From positions 33,108,001 to 33,172,000 of the forward strand of contig NC_091997.1 of assembly GCF_044704955.1 (NCBI RefSeq): a DNA stretch of 64,000 bases. The letters run 5' to 3'. The position numbers and the translations under genes are program-made. Source of the DNA: Pristiophorus japonicus. Taxonomy: Eukaryota. Shown here one piece after another: positions 37,228-49,942 of the stretch (positions are counted from its first letter, which is position 1; each line of letters starts with the position of its first letter). The notes under the pieces are model-generated. The model was not told the DNA's origin. It was given only the letters and a program-made list of their open reading frames with translations, and searched no databases.

Positions 37228-38354
37228 ATGCATAAAAAGGAGCTTAAGTTCCAGATTCTTTTACCATTGGCTTTCACTCAAGTGACAATTCTGTCTCCAT
37301 TGTCGGGAGTGCATTTTTTTTAATTAAAAAAAAACATCACCTTAAGTGTCCAAGCAAGTGCAACACAGAACCCACATTAAAAGTTTAGAGAGAGGCTGTT
37401 GCATCTAGTACGTTGCTCTTATGTTAAATACAGCAGAATTATCCCCTCCTCCTCCTTCACCCCCCCGCCCCCCCACCCACCCCGTTCGCTGCGTCCATTT
37501 TCTTTTCTTTCTACCGCACCCAGTCTGGCACTAAAGTTTTTTGGGGGGTCATGAATAAATTATTAATTAATGATTCGGACCACGAGTTAAGTAAACAATG
37601 CGGACATATGGAAATGCAATTCTTCGCGGAGTTGTGTACTGAGAAGTTCACTTTTTTATGATTATTATTATTATATCTTGCATTAATAATATTTCGGATG
37701 GCGAGAGGCTTCACTTTGCCCGAAAAATATATTAGCATAAACTGACACATAATTGCCAAAACACATGAAAGAAATAGCGAGCTTGGCATCTGAGTCTCGG
37801 CCTTGTCCACCACGTCGCTAATTAGCATAATTTTTCACTAGTGACGCTGTGTTTCGAGGGGATTAACACTCGTTGCCTGCCCAGCGTTCAAGAAAGAAAT
37901 CGTATTTTTCCCCTTAAAACCGTGCTTTTAATGTTTTGTATATATATCTATATATAGATTCATAACAAACATACCGAATATATGGGTTTTCTTTCTAGTT
38001 CACTCTGCCCTGTACAGCTGAGAAACCATTGTTATCTGTGAGCAGGGCGTACCAGTCTAGGGCTCAATAATATCAGGGCTGTCCATTCAAGCCTTGAGCT
38101 TTCTACAGTTCTTTGAAGCTGTACCATCTCGCCTTTCTTTGCCGTTGCCTTCAACCAGTGAATTTCAGCGCCATAACCAGCTGTTTTATCCTTCCTTTTT
38201 TTTTATATGTATAAAAAAGAATTTGGGAACTCCTGCTTATCGATTGCGTGGTGAATCTGAAATATTATGTCTTGCTCTCCTTCTATCGTCAGTGGCTAAG
38301 GTAAGCTGGACTCAAATAGGCTATCACTCGTGAATGGCGGAGTATATGTCCCAG

Positions 38355-38399
38355 TGATTTATGACCATATGACTTCAATCTCGGTTCAAGAAGAGTTCA
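38355..38399 (+). promoter_or_regulatory. Hox3 upstream DR5 RARE with adjacent Pbx/Hox site
   Basis: TGATTTATGA 38355-38364 and GGTTCA agaag AGTTCA 38383-38399, a perfect DR5. Confidence 0.88.
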
Positions 38400-38978
38400 C
38401 AAGCTATAGCTTCCTTTCACGCAGCGACTGTTTCACATTGCATCTGAATTCAACACGGAACCCGTTCCCTGTGCCTATTTTGGGGGCTAATTTGGAGTAT
38501 TTTTCAAAACCAAGCTCTCAGTTGTGATTTGAGACATATTTACGTGGGCGTCTTACGGTGCTGTGTAATTTAAGGTGTATGACGACTTCCCCTATTGTTG
38601 TCCCATTAGCTAGGATGGTGGCTTTCTGTATATTTTTCACATTTTGGGCAATCAAATGCCCCTTCGCTTGTACAGCTCGGCGAGGACTTGAGGGCTGCAG
38701 GTACTGTGTGTCCGGATTATGGAGAGTGAAATCTTAGCACATTGCTCTTCAAGCCTCTTGTGTTTCTCTGAAACATGGTGGCAACCGGCGTCTGAAGCGC
38801 GCCCGACTTTTCTGGCTTTGTTTAATGTTTCTCAAATCACCACTTGAAATAGAAACCTTCATGTATATTGCTGTAGAATTCGAGTTACAGGGGCACGCTT
38901 AAACTCCGTCAGTGCCGAGAGCTGCCTTGAGTGCAGCCGTGGCGCCCAGCTGAACACGGGTCATTTTATTCGAATTTA

Positions 38979-38984
<6 letters not shown>

Positions 38985-39010
<26 letters not shown>
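38985..39010. repeat. (TG)13 microsatellite
   Basis: Direct inspection. Confidence 0.95.
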
Positions 39011-41324
39011 CATTGGTAAATAAAACTTTGCAACGTTTTCTCTCTGTGGCAAATGGAGGCGGTGGTATTACTCTGCCCGGCTTTGAATGAAACGCCTGAA
39101 ATTTCAGTCTGCATTTTATCTTCTGATTGTAAATAATAAGGAACTCTGGCCCTGCCTTACAGAACAAAGCTATTATCCGCCTGCCGGCTGTAGCCCAGCG
39201 AAGTATAAATGAGCAGAGCTGCAAACTACAGAATTATAATATTCGATTTGACCATTTTTAAAGTATATATTTCGAAGCACGCAGCCCGTAAATGACGGCG
39301 TTATTTATATTCAGAAATCCATTCCATGTTTCTTTCCCAGAAATGTGCAGTAATTTGAAAGCTTTGTTTTCATTTTTCAAATACAATTTTCAACCTTCTA
39401 CTTGGCTAGTTTATACTGAATAAATTAAATATAATTTTAGCGCAAAGTGTGAGAGCTTCTACAAGAATAAACATTCCAGAAAGCAAAGCTCGATTCAGTG
39501 AACACATTTTAATTCTCTCTTTCAGCAAAATAGATCTTTAATATATTTCCAACGCGGTATCGTCTGACAGTGAATCCTTCGCTGACTTAAACTATAAAAA
39601 GCATTTATAAAAAATAAATCCTATTTAACACAGGAGAGTATTGCATGCAATATCGACAAGGCAAGCATTTGGATTGTGTGGTGTTTGCATTTAATCGAAT
39701 AATTTTGCTTCACAGTATCAGTAATCTGCACCAGACACTAAAATTAACAATTCAAAATGACGAATAATATATATACATATTATACAGATAATGAAAATCC
39801 GCGCAAGTGTTGGAAAGAACTCGCCGGTTCTCGAACGTTTATCGACGAGTTTCTACTTTTTGATTTATAATCCTGGCCATTGCTCCGGATCATTTTGGGG
39901 GAGAAATGTGTGTCCAAAACTGAAACTGTACTTAAAACAGAAATTGTAAAACACGCTGAGTGTGGAACAGGAATGAAGCCCCTGCATATTTGAGGAGTGT
40001 CGGGGTTGAGCCGGGCCGTCTCGCCGTTTACTCTCTGTGTTTCAGCCACTCCGGGAATCCTTGGCCCTTTTTTTGAAACAAAAAAATTTTTTTATTGGTC
40101 GGCTGACCCCCCTCATACATCAAATTATAGAGCACCTTCCAAGACAGTACCTATTATCCGTGTTGTTTCTTGGTTAAGAGAAAGGTTCAAATGCTGGTCA
40201 TAGACAACACAAACCAGTGTTTTTCAGGTTTGAAATACTTTGTCGATCCATCATGGATAGTTAAAGCTGTGGCGGGGAAGAGGAAAAGGGTCCGAAAATA
40301 TCGCCGCAAGGCCAAGCATGAGCCGTCCAAAAACAGTATCCAGTTTACACATGGGCAGAGAAAGACAGGAACAAAAGCACTTACTTCCCCACCTTCGCCT
40401 CGACAAAATCATACTCTTTACAAAGGCCACGATAAATAACATGATTCTACACCTCCAGAATACCATGTAACCAAACTTAACTCAGATGGTCGAGCGTCTG
40501 ATTCCGGTGCATATAATGGCCGTTTTAAATTGTTTCTTAGCATTAAATAATGTCTGTGATTTTTCTGCGATTTTCTCCCACATTATCATTGTCTGCCTCT
40601 TAGCAATAAAGGGGTTGAGAGATATGAATTTTAGATTTCCGCGTGAAGCGAGAAATTATGGTGCCTATAAAAGTGTGTTTCAGATTAGAGTTCGAATACA
40701 TGGCTACTGAAACATCCATAAGTTTCCTTCTATTTAAACCAGATGTTTTCAGGGAAAATCTCATCCCGCCATGTTCGCTGTACATTTAAATGTTGAGACT
40801 TTGGCAGCTCCGTTTCATATCAATAAATGTAAACCTAATTTTAGGCGGTAGGTCAGATTTTTAATCTAACATATTGACAGCATGGCACTTAATCAAGCAA
40901 GGGACAATAAAATCAAATGGAACGATTATTGGGGGTGTATTTTAACTGGGCCGATTGTGAAAGTTTATGAACTGCCTGTTAGATATCAAACCCGAGTTTG
41001 TCTGAAGTTTTTTTCATAAATAATTATCATTTTTGGAACATTGCCTAAACCAAAAGAATTTAGCTGTGAGCTAATGCTGAATCTGATCTCTATTAAAATA
41101 GTTTTGCAGATGGCTATATAAATTTGTCGTTTTCGACCAGGGCTCAATCTGAGAGTTGTTTTTTTCCCTTCTCCTCCTCTGCAGTCCCACATAGCCAGGA
41201 ATCAGGATCAGCCATGGCATCTGCTCTACTTGTTTGGTGAAAGCTATTCATGTCATTTGCTTTTGAATGTGTAAGATGGATCCACACCCGTTCCACTATT
41301 ATTCTGTGGTTCTTCTAACCTTAG

Positions 41325-41440
41325 GTCAACTGCCAGGAGGCTATTGGAAGAAAACGTCACGTGAATCGGGGTGCCAATGTTATTCGATAAGGGTGTCAGG
41401 ACCCTGACAGTTTGTGAAATAAATATTGGGAAACTACGAG
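41325..41440 (+). promoter_or_regulatory. Conserved HoxB3 leader preceding the ATG
   Basis: Acceptor CTAACCTTAG| at 41324; ATTGG 41343, GTCACGTGA 41356-41364; Hox3 block GGGTGTCA..ACCCTG.CAGTTTGTGAAATAAATATTGGGAAAC. Confidence 0.65.
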
Positions 41441-41855
41441 ATGCAAAAAACGACATACTACGACAACTGTACTCTATTCGGTGGATACACATACCAAGGA
41501 GCAAATGGCTTCAGCTTTGAAGTGGCGCAGGACCCCTATCCACCATCTTCTCACGTTGAAAGTGATTACCAGAGGTCGGCCTGTTCTCTCCAGCCAGCTG
41601 GCACCAGTGCTCCGCCGCCCAAATCTAAAGACATCAATGGGAGCTGCATGCGTTCGAACCTCCCCGAGCACCGCCAACCTCCACCTGCCTCACCTCCCCA
41701 AAACCCGAGCAGCAACTCGACACAGCCAGGCACCAGCAAGACTCTGCCCAAGTCCTCCCATACCTCCACACCCAGCCTCACCAAGCAGATATTCCCATGG
41801 ATGAAAGAGTCACGGCAAAACTCCAAGCAAAAAAATAACAACTGTCCCAGCACAG
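41441..41855 (+). CDS. HOXB3: HoxB3 coding exon 1
   Basis: MQKTTYYDN...[10 protein letters not shown]...[13 protein letters not shown]; donor CAG|GTATAC at 41856, phase 1. Confidence 0.96.
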
Positions 41856-42705
41856 GTATACCGGCTTTCTTTTGCAATTCTAGGTACCCACGCATCAAAT
41901 GAAAAGGCGGCACGATTATTTAAATGAGAAAAAACATTTAAACCACGATTTTCAAATCTCTACAGCACTTTGAAGCATTTGTTGATCGATTGTTAACATT
42001 AAAGCATATTGCCCCCTCCTCCCCACCAGCCCCCACCCCCCGTCCCCCCGTCCTCCCCACACTTTTTCCAATTTCTCAAATAGTTATTTTTCTGCTTTGA
42101 AACTGAAGCATGTTGTAACATGTAACTGCAATAAATATATACACGGTGTCACTGCTTCTAAACAGCCCAGAATGAACAAGGTCACGTACTGGTTGATTGT
42201 GAAACTGGAAAGTTGACATGACAGCAAAAAAAGTGAAGTATTGTAAAAGCAGGTAATGCATGAAATTGCTACAAGCCTATAAATACAACTAATGCTGCTT
42301 CTGCTGATATTAGTACTACTAATAATAGCAATAATAAACGTATCGGATGCAGCAATACTTGATTATAAGCATAGTCCTGAATAGGCCATAATTATATCAT
42401 GCAGTTGCGTCTGTTGCAAATCATCATTTGCCCTGTCCTCTTTAAGTGTATCAATTCAACTGTGGAATATATTGTTCTAAACATTGTGTCAATATGATTA
42501 TGATTCAATTTTCTGAGCTCTGGGGATCCCACGTCATATTTCTGGTGTTGGAGATATGGAACTTTAAATAACGTTTGATGTGAAATTATGGCCCTTGATG
42601 TGCTAAAGGGGTGACTTTGTTTTTCTTTCCAAGACTTATTAAATTTATCTGGCGAGTTTTTCTTGCACTTTTAAGAGGTAATTATCTTTATTTTATTGCT
42701 CACAG

Positions 42706-43475
42706 CTGAAAACGTCAGTGGGGACAAGAGCCCGCCGGGTTCAGCCTCAAAGCGAGCGCGCACTGCCTACACCAGCGCACAGCTCGTTGAACTGGAGAAA
42801 GAGTTCCATTTCAACCGTTACCTTTGCAGACCTCGCCGTGTGGAGATGGCGAACCTGCTCAACCTCAGTGAGCGGCAGATCAAGATCTGGTTCCAGAACC
42901 GCCGGATGAAGTACAAAAAGGATCAAAAGACGAAAGGCATGGTGAGTTCTTCCGGAGGACCATCACCCACGGGCAGCCCCCCGCTTTCCGTCCAGGCCCC
43001 CGCCGGCTTTGTCAACGCCATGCATCCGCTTGCTAACAACTCTGCCTATGACGCCCCTTCACCGCCGCCTTTCAACAAACCTCACCAGAACGCTTACTCC
43101 ATGACCACCAGTTACCAAAACCCGATGAAAAGTTGCCCAACTCAGCAACAAAAAAGATATCCTGGGGCGGCTCCAGAATACGACCCCCATGCACTACAGG
43201 GCAATGGCAACTATGGGACACCAAACTTGCAGGGCAGTCCTGTGTATGTTGGCGGGAACTATGTGGATTCCATGTCTGCGTCTGGGCCTTCTCTCTTCGG
43301 CCTCAATCACCTTTCTCACCCTGCATCCACAAACATGGACTACAACGGTGCTGCTCAGATGGCTCCCAGTCAGCACCATGGACCTTGTGACCCACATCCA
43401 ACCTACACAGACCTTTCATCGCATCATCCTTCTCAGGGAAGAATTCAGGAAGCTCCCAAACTGACCCATCTGTAG
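42706..43475 (+). CDS. HOXB3: HoxB3 coding exon 2 (homeodomain and C-terminal domain)
   Basis: Acceptor CACAG|CT; [44 protein letters not shown]...[13 protein letters not shown]; spliced CDS 1185 nt. Confidence 0.96.
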
Positions 43476-43742
43476 CAGGCATAAGCAGGGAGCTTCACTG
43501 AGGTCTCCTTTCCTTCTCTCATGATCCATTCCCTTAATAGTGTCTTCTTCTTCAAGTATGCTGGCTTGTATTAATATATGTTGCTCACATTGTCCTCTTA
43601 CCCAACCACCCCTCCTATATAGAGCATGCCTGCTCCACCCCACCCCTCCCCCAACACCCACCCCATTACAACCTTTAGGCTCCATTAATACTTGCTCATG
43701 CAAAATCCTAGTGCATTTGTTTCTTCTTAGACTTAACGTGAA

Positions 43743-43750
43743 ACAGGGTA
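43743..43750 (+). promoter_or_regulatory. miR-10 8mer target site in the HoxB3 3' UTR
   Basis: ACAGGGTA is complementary to the seed of the miR-10a at 19442. Confidence 0.7.
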
Positions 43751-44339
43751 AATGAACAAATCTTCTGTCCTTTGATAAAAAGCAAAAGTGAAGACATTTT
43801 GGGTATTTGCTGATGCTTGATTTCATCTGGACACCTGTATTGCACTTATCGTTTACATTTCAATGGGTGAAATAACTCATATGAGGCAAACAACACCAAC
43901 TCAGCTTGAAGGAATCTTAAAACTGATTAGCTGGTGCGTCTTTCAATATGTGTGTATTCTGGTGAACATTCAGATATATTTATTGATTAATGCCAGGAAA
44001 ATATTTCTTCCTTTTTGTATTATTTATCCCCAACAATACGTATTTATATAAAAAAATAAAAAACTGTACTTTTTAGTATTTACCTGTCGAAGCGGTTGTA
44101 TTCATGTCACTGTAAACAAGTTTATTTTAGTTAATGTAAACTAGAACAAAAATGTAGTTTTCTGTTACCATTGTACCTACAAATAATGTAATTAGTTATA
44201 TCGAAGGCATGGGGACAGAATCGGACAGTCATTGTATAGTCTTGATTTAGAAAAATATAGCAAATCCTCCTTTTCTGACACTCCTTGCCTTCTTCGTAGT
44301 TATTTTCCTTGCTAAGAGTTGTCTGTCAAACAATTCTGG

Positions 44340-44345
44340 AATAAA
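44340..44345 (+). terminator. Likely HoxB3 polyadenylation signal
   Basis: AATAAA after GTCTGTCAAACAATTCTGG; a more proximal AATAAA lies at about 44055. Confidence 0.55.
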
Positions 44346-46769
44346 TCTCATGTTAACAGATTTTGTTGTATGGATTATATATTAATGATCATAACATAGA
44401 TATAAAACCATCAAAACGCCATTAACAGGCATTTACACAGCGCCTTGCTCCGAAATAGACAAATATGATGGCAAAACTATTCCAATCATACATTGCAAAC
44501 TCTCTCTCTCTCCCTCTCCCACACAGACAAACACATACACACAGTGGCAGGAGTAGGAATCTGTGCCTCGTTTATATTTCATTGCCTAATCATTCCTCTG
44601 CTGTTCCAAGTCTCGTCTATTCCAATATCAGAAAGGGGGGGGGGGAGGGAGGGGGATTTGCGCGAGAAGGATAATGCTCAGGATTAATGCCTCTTACAAA
44701 ACTAAAGAATGAAGCACTTTTCCAGCTTGTAAATATCTTTATTACCAAACAAGGTCCAGAGACTTACACAAATATTCAGGAATTAAGGGGTAAAAAGTTT
44801 CCATCCGGTGTAAGGAGACACCACGTGCTGTCTGGGCCGAGCAGTTATTGGACCTGCAAGCGGAACAAAGACAAAAGCATGAGCAGACTGCCAAAGTACA
44901 CAGACCTTTCCAGTTCATTCCATTCAAAATGCAAGATATTTTTTCTTGGTCTGGCAATCAACTCATTTTGAAGTGATGTTATCAGACCAGGACGTGCATG
45001 ACTTTGTATGAGAATGGATTTTACACTCAAGATTTCTGTACACTCTAAAATATGGGAAATAATTGGAGGAAAACAACAGTGTTAATCGCCTTGAAAAACT
45101 AATTTGATACCCAAGTTATTCAGTTCCACCAACGAAATTTGCAGAATGCAGATATTTGTAAAATAGTTGACAAGTTTACTGTTCCAACAGAAATTTACTG
45201 TGCTTTTTTTAAAATGAAGTTTATTGGGGTTGGCCTGCCCTTAAACACCGAGAAGCTCAACTTTTATTGTAACCACTGCAAGATTATAATCACACTCACA
45301 CATTGTAACAATAGGTTTTAGCCTATCAGAGACCTGGGGAAAGCAATACACAGAGTGATTCTGGTAACCTAATCATATAAAACACGCATTTATTTCTAAC
45401 AACGGCTAAAAGTTAATTTCACCTCCCGTAGACTAATTACATTGATTCATTATTTAAGCTTTCTGTATGCTGATTATATAATGGTTTAAACAGTCAGAAT
45501 GATATTTCGCACTGTTCGTTCTCGGTTCAAATAAAATTAATTGTAGAATAAAAATTACAAAATATGAAATAGTTTTGTTTTTAGTATACTTACTTCTCAA
45601 GGAAATAGTTCACTGATCTGTTATTCCTGCAATACAAGTAGCAAATAAATATAATTTGTCATGGGTTTAAATGCGAAGACAACAAGAGTTAAAGTTCAGA
45701 AATCCAAGATAATTACATTGATAATCACATTTAGTATTTCTTTAACTAACGTTCTCTACCTTTAAAAATACAATTCTGGTCATTTGACCAATATCTGTGA
45801 TTTTTGTAAAACTTAGATTAGAATTTTTTTAATAAACTATTTTTTGTGCTTGTGTGATATCAGAATGAAAGGCAAAACTCCTTCAATCAGTTCCTAATCA
45901 TATACACAGTGATATGGATCAGTTAAAAGCCACAGATCTGTGTGAAAGTTTTCCTGAGCTCCTATAACAATTCTCCAGGGTTTTCCAAATACAATTTTGC
46001 AGCTGATGTCAACCAGAGCTAAAAAGATTCGGCGCCATATTGTTCGATTTTCGACCTCTCGCCGCCCAGGCATAAAAAAACAGCTTCCCAGCAAAAAAAA
46101 AGCCTTAACACATTTTGCAGTTGATGGCGACCTGCAGAAATGCTTCAATCATTTGGCGTTCTTCAGATCTACCTAGTCTTAAATTAACCTAGTCTTTTAA
46201 CATGCAGAAATCAATTTTATTTATTGGAGTTGTTTAATTCATTGCATTAATATGTGCATTCCCTCTATTCAATGCCTTCTAAACGTGTCTTCAGCGGCTT
46301 ATTTCACTGTTTATATGGGATTCAATTGAATATGTGTATATACAAACGTGTAGTTAGAGAGTCTGTGCAAAAACAATATCAGAAACGAATAGAAAATGTT
46401 TCACGTTATCGCGCGTTTTAACTCGTAAATCATTTCTAGCAATTTTTTTTGCTATGTAATAAGGATCAAACACTTTCAGGACTAGAAATGGACATCGCTT
46501 TAAAGATACGCTCACTGTGGAAATAAACCTGCAGCTACCAATTCAAAACAAAACGACACGCCATGTTCCTCGCGTCACATTTTAACTACTCAATCCTCAG
46601 GCAACGGTGCAAACCTTACACGAAAATTGCTGCTAGTTTTAGTGGCCGGATCCCAAATATTTAAAAAATAATTAAATATTGTATTTTTGGGGATCATTTT
46701 CTTACTGATTTAAGAATAGATTTCTTCTCTTGTGAAGAGTGACTCAGAGGCCTGTGAGGATCCGCGCTT

Positions 46770-46850
46770 AAATACTTGCACCCACACACGTTTTGACAAA
46801 CAAAGGTTTCTAGGCCCCATTGCACGAATTCATTGCGCGTCCCACACAGT
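46770..46850. promoter_or_regulatory. HoxB2 r3/r5 (Krox20) enhancer
   Basis: CACCCACAC 46779-46787 followed by ACAAAG (Sox-type box), and a second GTCCCACAC at 46839-46847; about 1.4 kb upstream of the ATG. Confidence 0.65.
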
Positions 46851-47139
46851 GTTTACTAAGAGGGATTGTAAGCCAAACCAAGCCCATGTTTTATATGTTT
46901 TCTCCTGAAAACGTAAAAGTGTCCTAATCTGACTAGATGCTTTCGTTTCTCTCCTCACTCAGCCCTCGTGAAATCACCGGGGTGCTATTTATATATGTGT
47001 TTTGCTGCTTTAGGTTTTAAAATAAATGCTTTTCGCAACCTCGCTTTTAGAAAAAAATTGTCAGTAGGGAAGGCCAGCCTCACTTCCTGGCATTTGATAT
47101 GGGGAGGCAAATTCTTCAGTGTGTGCTCCCGAGCCTTAG

Positions 47140-47171
47140 CTGTCAAGCCCTTCTGTGGGAAAGATTGATAG
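47140..47171 (+). promoter_or_regulatory. HoxB2 r4 enhancer (Prep/Meis plus Pbx/HoxB1 sites)
   Basis: CTGTCA 47140-47145 and AGATTGATAG 47162-47171. Confidence 0.75.
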
Positions 47172-48059
47172 TGGCCGCCTTCAGTTCCTCCCCGGGTTCA
47201 GCTTTAAAAAAAGAGATATCTATTATAACACTAATGCTCGTTACTCTTCAAAATAACTTATTTTTTAAATATCCCTACTTCAGACAGTCATAAGTATTTG
47301 ATAAATCAGTAAATTGCAAAATTAATTTTCATTCAACTCTCGTAGTTTTAAACATGTTTTTGGATAAAACAATTTTAAAACAACCCAAGAAAAAAGAAAA
47401 TTTGTCCACAAAGGTTGGATAGATAGCTGGATAGACGAATGAATGGGTAGATTCATAAATAGATAGAAAGGCAAATGTTGCATTAAATTTGGACTAGATA
47501 GTATAAAATAGGTTAAAATAGTTACTCAATAGTTTCTCACTATTCCGTGCCTTCCTCAAATGAAAATCCTATACTTACCTGGTTTCAGAAACCTCTTCTC
47601 TGCTTTGAAAAATTATTGTAATAGCATTTATATCCATTCGGCAATCTGGAAAAGCGCATGTTGTAAATAGTGTCCAAAGATACAGACATTTAAAGGGATT
47701 GGAACTTTCCTACAGGCATATAGCAACTGCCTGGCTGATCTTGTGAAAGTTCTATTTTGTTACTGGCCCTCTTGTCAAAACTTTGAAGATTAATGAGGTA
47801 CCTTGTTAATTACTCAAGCCGCCAGATTTTAGGTGCAAATCGTCTTCACTTGAATTGCAAAATACTGTGATAGGATTGGGAGAATTAAAAAAAAATTAAA
47901 TCAACATTCAACCTTCTTAGAAGTAAGGAAAATGCACGCGAAGAATTGACAAAATCTGAAGGTGAATTTAAAACCCTGACAGTAAAAATAAAGTAGAATA
48001 ATGTTTTATGTTCTTCACTATTTTGAATCAATTGCAGAGATAATGGTTTCTTTTCATTA

Positions 48060-48140
48060 GACACCAAATTGCCATTGGGCAACGCCAATCATGTGACAAC
48101 GAATTTGGTCCAATTTCAATCTAGTCCTCAGTTTAATAGA
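48060..48140 (+). promoter_or_regulatory. HoxB2 proximal promoter
   Basis: ATTGG 48074, CCAAT 48085 abutting CATGTGAC, and a further CCAAT at 48110. Confidence 0.65.
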
Positions 48141-48252
48141 GCCGGTCCCCGTACGCCTTGTAATATCAGAGAAACAGAATTAAAGCCTGAAAATATTATT
48201 TTTTCTCGACCTACAATATTCATAACTTTCTCCATTCGGGATTAAGAAGGCC

Positions 48253-48616
48253 ATGAATTTCGAATTGGAGCGAGAGATTGGTTTCATCAACAGCCAGCCT
48301 TCGCTTGCCGAGTGTCTGACGTCCTTCCCTGCTGTCGCTGATACATTTCAAAGTTCATCAATCAAGAACTCGACGCTTTCACACTCGACATTAATTCCTC
48401 CTCCTTTTGAGCAGACTATCCCGAGCCTGAATCCCAGCAGCAACCAGCCGCGGCCAAGTCGCGAAAAGCGGCCTCCAAACGGCCCATTCTCATCTGCTGC
48501 CGCGGCCGAGTTCCCCTGGATGAAAGAGAAAAAGTCGTCGAAGAAAAACAGCGAGGCACCTCTGTCATTGCCAGCACCGGTCCCAGGGTCCTCTCAAGCG
48601 GCGGAGTCCCCGACAG
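48253..48616 (+). CDS. HOXB2: HoxB2 coding exon 1
   Basis: [28 protein letters not shown]; EFPWMKEKK; donor CAG|GTCTGC at 48617, phase 1. Confidence 0.93.
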
Positions 48617-49226
48617 GTCTGCTCAGAACCCAAGCTCTCTCTGCATCGCTTATATCATCGGGTTTAAAAATAAACACCGACTTTACAAAATTCAAACTTT
48701 AGCGTACCGTATCTGTGTTAGAGTGCACATGACAACGTCTTATAAAGCACGGGTTAATCTGTAATTTTATTGCCGGTTGATTTATGAAATGCATTTCTAA
48801 TTGTCTGACGGATCCAGTGCGTGACTCTAAAATAATGATTTATTGCAATCTTTTATTTAATGTTGTTTTAATATGCGATTTGTCTTATCATATTGTGAAA
48901 GTGCTTAGTTATATTGTAAATCCTGACATTTGCATTTTCGGCGGCCATGTTGATCAAACTCTGATAAGCTGCAGGAACTCGAAAAAGCGGTAAAGATGCG
49001 ACGCAGTGGGAGTTTGTCAGTTTGGGGATATTTATTTCAAGGGTAGAGATCCGTTTATTGATCATCTGGAAGAAAGAGACCTTTACAAAGCTAATTTCAG
49101 CGGAATCTGTGAAAGAATGGCTTTTGCCCAACAGAAGCGATTTCAATTCTTTTCAATGTGCATGTTAAAATATTTACCCGCACTCCTCCTCACGCTCTTT
49201 CTCTCTCTCTCCACTTGTCTCGTTAG

Positions 49227-49942
49227 AAGGCCAGGGTGAGCAGGATAACAGCAGCAGCTCCAGGAGATTAAGGACAGCCTACACCAACACGCAACTTTTG
49301 GAGCTCGAGAAGGAATTTCATTTCAACAAATATCTGTGCAGGCCTCGCCGAGTGGAGATCGCCGCCTTGCTTGACCTGACCGAGAGGCAAGTGAAGGTCT
49401 GGTTCCAGAACCGGCGCATGAAGCACAAGAGGCAAGCACAGTATAAAGAGAACCAAGACGGGGAAGTTAGTTTGTCCAACAGCTCGCTTCGAGAGGACGA
49501 AGCGGAGGATACGTCGCCTTACAGCCAACCTGTCGAAGCCTCAGGAACTTACTTAGAAAACAAAAACTGCGCCGATCAGGCACGAAAGCAAAGCCAAAAT
49601 ACGCTGAGCAAAGAGCTCCAAAACCTGCAGGATCTGACGGTGTGCGGCGGCAGCGATGGAAAAGCCAAGAGCCCTTTCTATCTGACGGCCACCGCCGAAA
49701 ACGGGTTTACTCCAGGCCAGAACTGTGCTTGTCTGGATACGCTCAGCACGGAGGCGCTGGAGTTGGTCTCCCTGCCAGATTTAAACATGTTTTCTTCCGA
49801 TTCCTACCTGCCCTTCTCCGACGGATTATCTCCCAGTTTGCAGGGTTCCATCGACAGTCCTGTGGATATCCCGGAGGACAGTTTTGATTTTTTCACCAGC
49901 GCTCTCTGCACTATAGACTTGCAGCACCTCAATTATCAATAG
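49227..49942 (+). CDS. HOXB2: HoxB2 coding exon 2 (homeodomain)
   Basis: Acceptor GTTAG|AAG; [59 protein letters not shown]...[11 protein letters not shown]; spliced CDS 1080 nt. Confidence 0.93.

Noticed and set aside
41394-41416. ACCCTGACAGTTTGTG resembling a miR-10 relic, within a TGTCAGG/CCTGACA palindrome
   Set aside because: No precursor hairpin; it is part of the conserved Hox3 leader and better explained as Meis-type sites
46171-46196. ACCTAGTCTT repeated twice
   Set aside because: Trivial local slippage duplication
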